Source: an uncultured Verrucomicrobiae bacterium (lineage in GTDB: Bacteria > Verrucomicrobiota > Verrucomicrobiia > Opitutales > JABDGR01). From it: a stretch of 64,000 nt of DNA. The translations under genes were made by a program, and so were the position numbers. The stretch spans positions 672,001 to 736,000 of the forward strand of contig CAVXVB010000009.1 in NCBI GenBank assembly GCA_963765205.1, written 5' to 3'. The notes below the pieces were generated by a model that was given only the letters and a program-made list of their open reading frames with translations, was not told where the DNA came from and did not search any database. Shown here piece by piece: positions 1-7,878 of the stretch (position 1 is the stretch's first letter; every line of letters starts with the position of its first letter).

Positions 1-855
1 CACTCCAAAGCAGATATACGCAAAACTCTGTGTGCCTTTCCACCCTGAAGGCGTCAATATATCTGACAACCCCATAGCAATAAATCTTGGAGACAGAGTC
101 CAGTTTTCTCATCTCCTCAATTTCGCCATCCTCAAGGAGTCCGTCAAGTGCTCTGGGGATCCCAAATTTTTGACCCGGCCCCAAGGTAAAATTGCTTTGC
201 TCTGGGCTAACTGTGTCCCGAAAATTAAAATTCTCCGGTATGGGGTGAGAAAGTTTGTCGGCAAATATAGCGATCTGAACTTTATAGGCCGGGGTTGCAC
301 CAGTGTTTTTAATGAGAGGGGTGAATTGAAAACGTTGAATAAGCTGCACTCCTCCTTTGGGTTTTTCGGGGGCATCCGTTTTAGTATCCAAGGGGTATGG
401 TTGGATTATTCGTTGCTCCAAAACGTCTATTTTTACGATGCTGATATACGCCCGCAACTGCCTTTCGGCAGAGCGGGCAGTCTGAACCATCCAATAAATC
501 TGAAGACTACCAACGATGCCGCCGACGATAACCAGAGCGAAAGTCAAATAGACCATCCAAGTGTCAGTCCATTTAGGCTTGTCCCCGGTCCCGTCCCCGT
601 CCCAAAGATGTTATTATAGGAGTTTTGATTTCCTGCTGTGCCATGTTCCTGATTGGGTGCGGAACCTATCGCTTGGCTGGCAGGAATTTGATTTCTGGCG
701 GTGTTATTTTCTGCTGTGGATTGAGCTTGGCTTACTTGGGCACTTTCGGTCTTTGGTGGGGTTGGATTTGACGTGCCCGAATCCGCTGTCCCTGTCTGCC
801 CATACACCTGCCCACAGGCCAAGCAGGCCAAAAAAACAAGTGTCCTGAGCTTCAT
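1..855 (-). CDS. Hypothetical signal-peptide/TM protein, runs off the left edge; apparent frameshift near 585
   Basis: ATG at 855 gives MKLRTLVFLACLACGQVYG plus a low-complexity linker. Adding one G in gggacggggacgggacc joins an open frame the ORF track missed: KPKWTDTWMVYLTFALVIVGGIVG...AERQLRAYIS...IKNTGATPAY...YCYGVVRYIDAF...HTEFC, open to position 1. Confidence 0.65.
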
Positions 856-955
856 GCACAAGGAGCCGTAACCGAGGGGATTGCTGGCGACAACCACGAA
901 ATCCGGCGTTGACACCCTGACGGGTAACGGTGAACTAAGGGGGCGATTCCCGGCC

Positions 956-1855
956 ATGAAAAACCACCTTGTCTTGGCGGTCTTGCTCGTTCTTATCTTG
1001 GGCGCGGTGACCGCCCCCTGCCGTGGTGCGGTGACAGATCCCCAGCTTGATGCTGCCATTGAAACCGACTTTCGGGATTACCACAGTGCCAAGGGCGATG
1101 TCATAAAGGCCCGGCTCATTGAACTGAACGGTAAAACCGCCGTGATTGAAAAGCAGGGGTCAACGGACAATTTTGGCAAACTCATCCATTACAGCGTGGC
1201 TCTGGACACTTTTTCAGCCGACGACCAAGCCCACATTCAAGACCTCGGACTGCAGGCGGCAAAGGCTCGGGAAATCGAAAAGCAAAAGGTCTTGATCGTC
1301 GGCAAGGTAATTTCGGTTGCCCCGGACGGCATCATTCTGGATTCCGTTGTGGATACTGATAATCCGCCTACCGGGATGGATGGCTATGATAGATGGGTGC
1401 TTGTGAGTAATTTGCAAAACTATGTTTATACTGGTGGCCAGATGATTGACCCATCAAAGGTGTTTCAGTGTTCTTTAATTTTCACAAAAGAGGCATACAA
1501 AGTTCTTAACGGGCCGGTTACTGCCAGCCCGGACGGGCATAGGCCGGCTGATGCGATTCAGAGGCTCGCGCAAGCCATCAAGACCACCACCGACCTTAAC
1601 CGATTGATTGATGTTAATTCTATGTATCGCGGGCGGTTGCCTGAACTAGAAGACGCCATTGCGCCACGAAAAACGGGCCTGTTTTTTATCGCCGGGAAAT
1701 TTGATGGCGTGGTGGATGATCAAATTTACGGGGGCATCTTCTATCCCTGTGGCACGATGCAATATGGCTCCGCTGACAACGCCCGGCGCACGGTGGCCCG
1801 GTATGCGGACACCCCGCAACTGGCCATGCAGTTATCCCCAGCGGCAAAGCCGTAA
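956..1855 (+). CDS. Secreted protein with N-terminal SHD1-like domain
   Basis: Signal peptide MKNHLVLAVLLVLILGAVTA; FRDYHSAKGDVIKARLIELNGKTAVIEK...VALDTFSADDQAHI matches the SHD1 pattern common in PVC proteins. Confidence 0.6.
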   Translation: MKNHLVLAVLLVLILGAVTAPCRGAVTDPQLDAAIETDFRDYHSAKGDVIKARLIELNGKTAVIEKQGSTDNFGKLIHYSVALDTFSADDQAHIQDLGLQAAKAREIEKQKVLIVGKVISVAPDGIILDSVVDTDNPPTGMDGYDRWVLVSNLQNYVYTGGQMIDPSKVFQCSLIFTKEAYKVLNGPVTASPDGHRPADAIQRLAQAIKTTTDLNRLIDVNSMYRGRLPELEDAIAPRKTGLFFIAGKFDGVVDDQIYGGIFYPCGTMQYGSADNARRTVARYADTPQLAMQLSPAAKP

Positions 1856-1967
1856 GTCGGAGGGTCCGGGGGCGGTAAATTTTTGATATGGCGGACCCCC
1901 GCCATTAGGTGTTTCATTGTCGGCAAACCAATAACCACCGACAACCACCGAGAACCGAAGCCCAAAG

Positions 1968-2237
1968 ATGGGAAAGCTAGGAGCAAACCAAAAGAATTTG
2001 AGCGTGAGCATTGACCAGAAATGGTGGAATGATATTCAGGCGTTGGCTGATTTATACGACAATATGAGCGTTGCTCGTTACGGCCGGCTTATCATCAGGA
2101 AATGGTGGATAGGGGGCCGATTGGACTTGATGAAGGACCCCGATTTAATGAAGGCAACAAAGGTGGAGGAAGCGGCTAGGAAGGCTGAAATAAAGAAACG
2201 CGGGCGTCGCAGAAAGCCGAAAATAAAGACTACGTAG
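1968..2237 (+). CDS. Small basic protein, possible ribbon-helix-helix DNA binder
   Basis: KNLSVSID strand followed by two predicted helices; Lys/Arg-rich tail. Confidence 0.5.
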   Translation: MGKLGANQKNLSVSIDQKWWNDIQALADLYDNMSVARYGRLIIRKWWIGGRLDLMKDPDLMKATKVEEAARKAEIKKRGRRRKPKIKTT

Positions 2238-2370
2238 GCTTAGGTGGTATTTGCTTAAAAGAGACGCTTTGGAATTGAACGCATGGAGCGCAGTGGTGCG
2301 CTTGAACGCGCGGCCCCATGTCGGGGCGTTTGTTCGCCATTTTTCCAACCACAACAATTTATGAAAAAAA

Positions 2371-2400
2371 CAACCCCTGACGCGCAAACGTCAGGGGTTG
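2371..2400. repeat. Perfect 12-bp hairpin
   Basis: caacccctgacg-cgcaaa-cgtcaggggttg, preceded by an A-run (could terminate minus-strand transcription). Confidence 0.75.
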
Positions 2401-2418
2401 AAATCTACCAGCATTTAT

Positions 2419-2489
2419 GGGCCAGCATGGTCGCTTCCTTGCACCGGAGGAAGTCTCGGAGGCGGGTTCGACTCCCGCATGGTCCACCA
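2419..2489 (+). ncRNA. tRNA-like / tmRNA tRNA-like-domain mimic (71 nt, encoded CCA)
   Basis: Acceptor GGGCCA/TGGTCC with G3:U70, discriminator A, then CCA; perfect T-arm GCGGG-TTCGACT-CCCGC; no D-stem; internal hairpin gcttcct/aggaagt. Confidence 0.6.
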
Positions 2490-2502
2490 TTTGAAAGTTT
2501 TT

Positions 2503-2575
2503 GGGGCCGTAGGTTAATCGCCAGACCGCCCGAGTCTACACCGAGGAAGTCCGGGTTGGAACCCCGGCGGCTCCA
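2503..2575 (+). tRNA. Degenerate tRNA/pseudo-tRNA, Ala-type acceptor, anticodon CTA in canonical register
   Basis: 73-nt cloverleaf spacing: GGGGCCG/CGGCTCC, D-stem GGTT/GACC, anticodon stem only 3/5 paired with loop GTCTACA, T-arm CCGGG-TTGGAAC-CCCGG. Confidence 0.55.
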
Positions 2576-2599
2576 TCCACTTTCAGGGCGAACGGTAGC

Positions 2600-2779
2600 C
2601 TAGCTCTGGGCAGCCGCAAGCAAAATCTTACGGCTCCATTCCGAGGTGTCCTGACCCTCCTGCTTGGCCTTGTTGTCCACGGCCTGCCGCTCCAGCTTGG
2701 TCAGCCGGAGATGGAGACCGTGCGATCTGGCCTGTCCACGGGGGAGCCTGGGCCTGCCTATTTTGGGTTTGGCACTCAT
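2600..2779 (-). CDS. Small RHH/MobC-NikA-like DNA-binding protein divergent from the transposase
   Basis: MSAKPKIGRPRLP...LHLRLTKLERQAVDNKAKQEGQDTSEWSRKILL (GRP motif plus RHH pattern). Confidence 0.65.
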   Translation of the reverse strand: MSAKPKIGRPRLPRGQARSHGLHLRLTKLERQAVDNKAKQEGQDTSEWSRKILLAAAQS

Positions 2780-2808
2780 ATATTTCTTTCTGTAGAACAA
2801 AAATTCTC

Positions 2809-2837
2809 TTGCATTATCCTGCTTAGTGTGCTACATT
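2809..2837 (+). promoter_or_regulatory. Putative sigma70 promoter of the transposase
   Basis: TTGCAT-17 nt-TACATT with extended TG, 21 nt before the ATG at 2859. Confidence 0.5.
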
Positions 2838-2858
2838 AAGGCAACAACAAAAAACACC

Positions 2859-3692
2859 ATGCCCAACAACCTTCCATTCGACAAACAGGTCAGCGTCATC
2901 TCCATGCTCACGGAAGGTGCCAGCATCCGGGGCATCGAACGGATGACAGGCGTCAACCGGAACACGATAATGAGCCTCGGCTCCCGCGTGGGCCAAGCGT
3001 GCGCGGCCTACATGGATGAGCGGCTGCGGGGCCTTAACTGCCAACGCATCGAGGTTGACGAGCTATGGGCGTTTGTGGGCAAAAAGCACGCCCAGCTACG
3101 GCCCGGCGACTACCAGAAGGGCTTTGGTGACGCCTACACGTTCGTGGCCTTAGACGCGGACACCAAACTGGTTCCGGCCTTCCTGGTGGGCAGGCGGGAC
3201 GCGATAACGGCCCAGGTCTTCATGCAAGACCTCTCGGAACGGCTGACCCGGCGGGTGCAACTCTCGACTGACGGGTTCAATGCCTATGAGAACGCGGTGG
3301 AACTGGCCTTCGGGGCCGAAATTGACTACGGCATGATTGTAAAAACCTACTCCGGCCCGGTGGAAGAAGGCCCGCGTAAGTATAGCGCCCCGGAAGTGGT
3401 GTCCGTGACCAAGCTGCCGATGAAGGGTCGCCCGGATGAGGGCAAGATTTCCACCTCGTATGTCGAGAAGCAGAACCATACGGTGCGGATGCACTGCCGC
3501 AGGCTGTCCAGGTTGACCAATGCCTACAGCAAGAAGCTGGAAAACTTTGAGGCTGCGGTGGCCCTCCACTTCGCCTATTACAACCTCGTCAAGTTCCACG
3601 GCACAATCCGCTGCACCCCGGCGATGGCGGCAGGTGTCGAACGCTCACCCCTCACTGTCAAAGACCTCGTTTTCTTCTCCTACCAGCAATAG
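2859..3692 (+). CDS. IS1-family DDE transposase (single ORF, HTH + DDE)
   Basis: EGASIRGIERMTGVNRNTI HTH; IEVDELWAFVGKK, LSTDG and STSYVEKQNHTVRM...RLTNAYSKK catalytic motifs; TPAMAAG tail. Confidence 0.9.
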   Translation: MPNNLPFDKQVSVISMLTEGASIRGIERMTGVNRNTIMSLGSRVGQACAAYMDERLRGLNCQRIEVDELWAFVGKKHAQLRPGDYQKGFGDAYTFVALDADTKLVPAFLVGRRDAITAQVFMQDLSERLTRRVQLSTDGFNAYENAVELAFGAEIDYGMIVKTYSGPVEEGPRKYSAPEVVSVTKLPMKGRPDEGKISTSYVEKQNHTVRMHCRRLSRLTNAYSKKLENFEAAVALHFAYYNLVKFHGTIRCTPAMAAGVERSPLTVKDLVFFSYQQ

Positions 3693-3885
3693 GGATTGCA
3701 GAAAAAACAAAAGTGTCTTACAAGATTTTCATCCAAAATCCGGATCTCGCCCAACCATGAAAACCGTTGAAACCAAAATAGTTTTTGAGCCTGAAACCAA
3801 ATCACTCAAGGCATTCCTTTACTACACCGCGAAGGCATATCTGGCGATTGATATTCCCCATGTCGTTTGCGCGGTGAACGTGCTG

Positions 3886-4230
3886 TCATTTTCCTATTTT
3901 TATTTTTTTGGATATAATGCGGGCCAACTCACCTTTTTCAAATATGGTCTCTTCTTCCTGAATTGTTATGCGGTTGGGCTTCCTTGGCCCAAAAAACTCG
4001 AAGAGGCACTCAGCAAGTTTCTCGCCGGTTTTTTCGCCAAACTTTTTAGCCCCCGCCACTCCTCCCACCGTTAAGACAAAGAACACCGCACTCTCTACTG
4101 CACCAAACGACTTTGCGGCCCTGACCTTCGGGCCTTTTATTGAAACACCCTCCGGCCATTGCACCGTTGCATCCAGCGTCAACGACCGCCTGTTTATATC
4201 CCTCAACTCAATGATGATTTCTTGATTCAT
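3886..4230 (-). CDS. Hypothetical passenger protein (114 aa)
   Basis: MNQEIIIELRD...RIISKKIKIGK, globular-looking, lower GC. Confidence 0.5.
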   Translation of the reverse strand: MNQEIIIELRDINRRSLTLDATVQWPEGVSIKGPKVRAAKSFGAVESAVFFVLTVGGVAGAKKFGEKTGEKLAECLFEFFGPRKPNRITIQEEETIFEKGELARIISKKIKIGK

Positions 4231-4299
4231 GGCAAAACCCGGCAGACTGCCGCGAAACCAACACCCCCACAAGGGTAAATTCCCAACCAAGAATACCCC

Positions 4300-4605
4300 A
4301 TGAACGACCCCGCTTATCTTGCGTTCCTGACGAAGGCTATCAAGGCAACGCATGGCTGCGGGTCGCGCCATGTCGAGTCCGTGGCGGTCAAGGAGACCTT
4401 CCAGGGCAAGACCGTCTGGGAGGGCGACGTGGAGGTATTTGACCTCATCGGCCACCCCAAGGCCAAGCGGTGCTATGCGTGGGCCTACGACGGCGAAGCC
4501 GGGGGCCGGGCCATTGCCGTGCTGGAACTGCCACCCGTAATCTCGCCCATAACTGCGGTCCGGGTGGGCATCATCGGCGAGCGCAAGGCCATGCGGAAAA
4601 ACTGA
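4300..4605 (+). CDS. Conserved-looking hypothetical protein at the element end
   Basis: HGC..HVESV.V.E.FQGKTVWEG.VEVFDL.GHPKAKRCYAW; strong GC3 codon bias. Confidence 0.75.
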   Translation: MNDPAYLAFLTKAIKATHGCGSRHVESVAVKETFQGKTVWEGDVEVFDLIGHPKAKRCYAWAYDGEAGGRAIAVLELPPVISPITAVRVGIIGERKAMRKN

Positions 4606-4633
4606 ACCCGAACGATATTTGTTAAAAATGATT

Positions 4634-4652
4634 TTCAAATTAAGACACTACC
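4634..4652 (-). repeat. Putative right terminal inverted repeat of the IS1-family element
   Basis: Reverse complement GGTAGTGTCTTAATTTGAA begins GGTA like IS1-family ends and coincides with the composition boundary. Confidence 0.6.
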
Positions 4653-4667
4653 CCCCAGCCGTGGCGC

Positions 4668-4697
4668 TTGACACTACGAAGCGCATACGGTTAAAAT
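4668..4697 (+). promoter_or_regulatory. Putative sigma70 promoter of the DUF1592 operon
   Basis: TTGACA-18 nt-TAAAAT. Confidence 0.5.
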
Positions 4698-4769
4698 GCT
4701 GCCTCTTACCCCTCCATTTGGGTCTTGGCGCACGACCCGGTGCGCGCCAGGTCCCGCGGAGCCTATCCG

Positions 4770-7700
4770 ATGCGAAAACGTATTACGATCTTCGCGGGCG
4801 CACTGCTCGGTGGCCTGCTGGCCATTGCGCTGGACTCGCAAGCCCTGCCGATTCAGCCGCGGGTGCCAAATACCACGCCGGCGCTTGCAGCCCAGCCGGC
4901 CGTGGATGATGCGGCGGCAACCTTGGACGGCAGCTTTCGCTCGGTGGTGCAGCCGTTTATCCAGGCCAATTGCGTCGAGTGCCATGGCGCGGAGGATGCC
5001 AAGGCGGGTTTGAACCTGAGTTCGTATACTTCGCTGAATGCGGTCACGCGGGACTACCGGCGCTGGAATATCGTGCTGGGGAAGCTCAAACGCGGGGAAA
5101 TGCCGCCGGACGACGCGGACCAGCATCCGACGGCGGACCAGGTCAAGCCGGTCATTGAATGGATTCAGGGACTGCAAGCTTACGAATCCCGGCACAACTT
5201 GGGTGACCCCGGCCTGGTGTTGGCACGGCGCTTGAGCAATGCGGAATTCGACTACACCATCCGCGATTTGACCGGCCAGGATATCCAGCCGACCAAGGAG
5301 TTCCCCGTGGACCCCGCCAACGAGGCGGGTTTTGACAACTCGGGCGAATCGCTCGCGATGTCGCCGGAGTTGGTCAAGAAATACCTGGACGCGGCGCAGA
5401 TGGTCGCCGACCACATTGTGTTCAAGCCGGATGGGTTCACTTTTTCGCCCATGGCCATGGTGACGGATGAAGACCGCGACAATTATGCGGTGCACCGGGT
5501 GGTGGATTTTTACCAGCAGCTCGGGCTGCCCCTGAGCCAGCAATTTGACACCTACGTCGGGCAGTCGCTGGACTATGCGGATTATTTTCAGGCGGCGTGG
5601 CGGTTTCAGAATCGCGCCGGCCTTGGGCGGCCGGCGGCGACGTTGGCGGACATTGCGAAGGACGCCAAACTCAGTCCCAAGTATCTGGGCAAGATTTGGA
5701 CAACGTTGACGGCCAGCGGCGAGACGGTCGGCCCGATTGCGGCGGTGCAGGCGCGGTGGTGCGCGCTGCCGGCGCCCGTGGGCGGCAAGGAGCCGGGCAA
5801 CGTGCGCGTGGGCTGCGGGTATATCCGCGATTTAATTGTGGGCCTGCGCCCGTTGGTGACGCAGAAAATCGCCAACCTGGTGCCGAACAGCAACAAGTTG
5901 GCTGATGGCTCGCAGACATTGGTGCTGTGGAAGGACCGGCAATATGCCGCGAACCGCATGACCTATCCGGGCAATGCGCAACAGTTGGACATGTCGGGGT
6001 ATGCGCAGACGGATCCGGCGCTGTTGATTCCCGACACGGACGCGGGCCGCGCGAAATACGAGGACTCGTTCAAGGAATTCTGCGCGATTTTCCCGGATGC
6101 CTTTGTGGTGTGGGAGCGCGCACGCATGTTCCTCACCAACCCCAATGATATCCGCACTGATTTGTCCGGCCACCGGCTGCTGACGGCGGGTTTCCACAGC
6201 CAGATGGGCTATTTCCGCGATGACCAGCCGTTGTGCGAGCTGGTGCTGGATGAACAGCAGCAGCACCAGTTGGATCAGCTTTGGCAGGAGCTCACCTATA
6301 TCACCCAACAGCCGATCCGGCAATATAAGCAGTTCATGTGGTTTGAACGGGGCGAGCCGCCTAGTTTGATGATGGCGCCGGAGTTCAATGATTTTCGGCC
6401 CGAGGACGACAACATCACCTCCCCCGCCCGCGTCAAGGACCTCGCCGACGTTTACTTGACCAAACTGAAAAGCCTGGGACTGAACGACCAGGTGCAGCAA
6501 ATCGCGCAGGACTATTTCATCACGATGAACGGCAACATCCGCGCGCTCGAACAGGCGCAGAAGGCGGCGGAGCCCAGCCAACTGAATGCGCTGGTGGATT
6601 TTGCGCAACGCGCGTTTCGCCGGCCGTTGTCAAAGGCTGAGCGGGACGACATTCTTGCCTTCTATAATAAGCTGCGGGCGCAGGACATCAGTCATGAAGA
6701 CGCGATCCGCTTTTCGGTGGTCAGCGTGTTGATGTCGCCGTCGTTCTGCTTTCGGATGGATTTGCCGGATGACAAACAAAATCCCGGCCAGGTGGTGCAG
6801 CCCTTGTCGGATTATGAACTGGCCAGCCGGTTGAGTTATTTTCTCTGGTCCAGCATGCCTGATGCCGAGCTACTCTCCCATGCCGCGGCTGGCGACCTGC
6901 ATCGCCCTGAGGTATTGCTCGCCCAAGCGCGGCGCATGGTGCAGGACGACCGCATCCGCGACCTGGCGACGGAGTTTGGCGGCAACTGGCTCGACATCCG
7001 CCGCTTTGAGGAGGACAATGCTGTGGATCGCGACCATTTCCCCACCTTCACCGATGATCTGCGCGAGGCGATGTTTCAGGAACCGATTCGCTTTTTCGTG
7101 GATGTGGCCCGCCGGAACAGCTCGGTGCTCGATTTTCTTTACGGCAATTACACATTTGTGAACCCGATCCTCGCCCAGCACTATGGGATGCCGGTGCCGA
7201 AGGGGGGGCCGGATGATTGGGAGCGGGTGGATGACGCACAAAAATACCAGCGTGGCGGTCTGCTGCCGATGGCGGCCTTTCTGACCAAGAACGCGCCGGG
7301 CTTGCGCACCAGCCCGGTCAAGCGCGGCTTCTGGGTCGTGAGCAAGTTGCTCGGCGAGTATATCCCCGCGCCGCCGCCCAATGTGCCCGCCATTCCCTCC
7401 GACGAAACCAAGCTGGGCAACCTGACCCTGCGCGAGACGCTGGCGCAGCACCACGCGGACCCCAATTGCGCGAGTTGCCACGAGAAATTTGACTCTTTTG
7501 GCCTGGTTTTCGAAGGCTACGGTCCCATCGGCGAAACGCGCACCCTCGACTTGGGCAACCGCCCGGTGCAAACGGACGCCATCTTCCCGGATGGCACCAA
7601 CGAAACCGGCGTGGCCGGGCTGCGTGATTATCTGCACACCAAAGTGCAGGATGAATTCCTTGACAACCTCAGTAGAAAACTGCTTGTCTACGCCCTGAGC

Positions 7701-7844
7701 CGCAGCCTCCAACCCTCGGACGAACCCCTGATCGCCGACATGCAGCAAAAACTCACGGCCAATGGCTATCGTTTTGATACCCTGATTGAGAGTATCATCA
7801 CCAGCCCGCAATTCCTGATGAAGCGCTGCCCACCCGCTTCCTGA
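4770..7844 (+). CDS. DUF1592/1587/1588/1595/1585 cytochrome c domain protein
   Basis: Signal peptide; CVECH and CASCH heme motifs; RRLSNAEFDYTIRDL, YELASRLSYFLWSSMPD, RTSPVKRG. Confidence 0.92.
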   Translation: MRKRITIFAGALLGGLLAIALDSQALPIQPRVPNTTPALAAQPAVDDAAATLDGSFRSVVQPFIQANCVECHGAEDAKAGLNLSSYTSLNAVTRDYRRWNIVLGKLKRGEMPPDDADQHPTADQVKPVIEWIQGLQAYESRHNLGDPGLVLARRLSNAEFDYTIRDLTGQDIQPTKEFPVDPANEAGFDNSGESLAMSPELVKKYLDAAQMVADHIVFKPDGFTFSPMAMVTDEDRDNYAVHRVVDFYQQLGLPLSQQFDTYVGQSLDYADYFQAAWRFQNRAGLGRPAATLADIAKDAKLSPKYLGKIWTTLTASGETVGPIAAVQARWCALPAPVGGKEPGNVRVGCGYIRDLIVGLRPLVTQKIANLVPNSNKLADGSQTLVLWKDRQYAANRMTYPGNAQQLDMSGYAQTDPALLIPDTDAGRAKYEDSFKEFCAIFPDAFVVWERARMFLTNPNDIRTDLSGHRLLTAGFHSQMGYFRDDQPLCELVLDEQQQHQLDQLWQELTYITQQPIRQYKQFMWFERGEPPSLMMAPEFNDFRPEDDNITSPARVKDLADVYLTKLKSLGLNDQVQQIAQDYFITMNGNIRALEQAQKAAEPSQLNALVDFAQRAFRRPLSKAERDDILAFYNKLRAQDISHEDAIRFSVVSVLMSPSFCFRMDLPDDKQNPGQVVQPLSDYELASRLSYFLWSSMPDAELLSHAAAGDLHRPEVLLAQARRMVQDDRIRDLATEFGGNWLDIRRFEEDNAVDRDHFPTFTDDLREAMFQEPIRFFVDVARRNSSVLDFLYGNYTFVNPILAQHYGMPVPKGGPDDWERVDDAQKYQRGGLLPMAAFLTKNAPGLRTSPVKRGFWVVSKLLGEYIPAPPPNVPAIPSDETKLGNLTLRETLAQHHADPNCASCHEKFDSFGLVFEGYGPIGETRTLDLGNRPVQTDAIFPDGTNETGVAGLRDYLHTKVQDEFLDNLSRKLLVYALSRSLQPSDEPLIADMQQKLTANGYRFDTLIESIITSPQFLMKRCPPAS

Positions 7845-7878
7845 AGACTTTTCACCCCCCCCCCCAATGGAGCGCCCC

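Larger units (their letters stand above)
1..4652. mobile_element. Right part of a putative IS1-family transposon with passenger genes (left end not seen)
   Basis: IS1-type transposase, IR-like end ttcaaattaagacactacc at 4634-4652, AT-richer passenger ORFs, and a switch to host-like GC after about 4700. Confidence 0.6.

Noticed and set aside
32..619. 195-aa plus-strand ORF
   Set aside because: Antisense shadow of the more protein-like minus-strand frame that runs off the window edge.
2542..2556. GAGGAAGTCCGGG resembling the RNase P RNA motif GAGGAAAGTCC
   Set aside because: One A short, no other RNase P conserved regions, and fully explained as variable loop plus T-stem.
2283..2603. 106-aa ORF across the tRNA-like cluster
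   Set aside because: No recognisable motif; the sequence is better explained by RNA stems.
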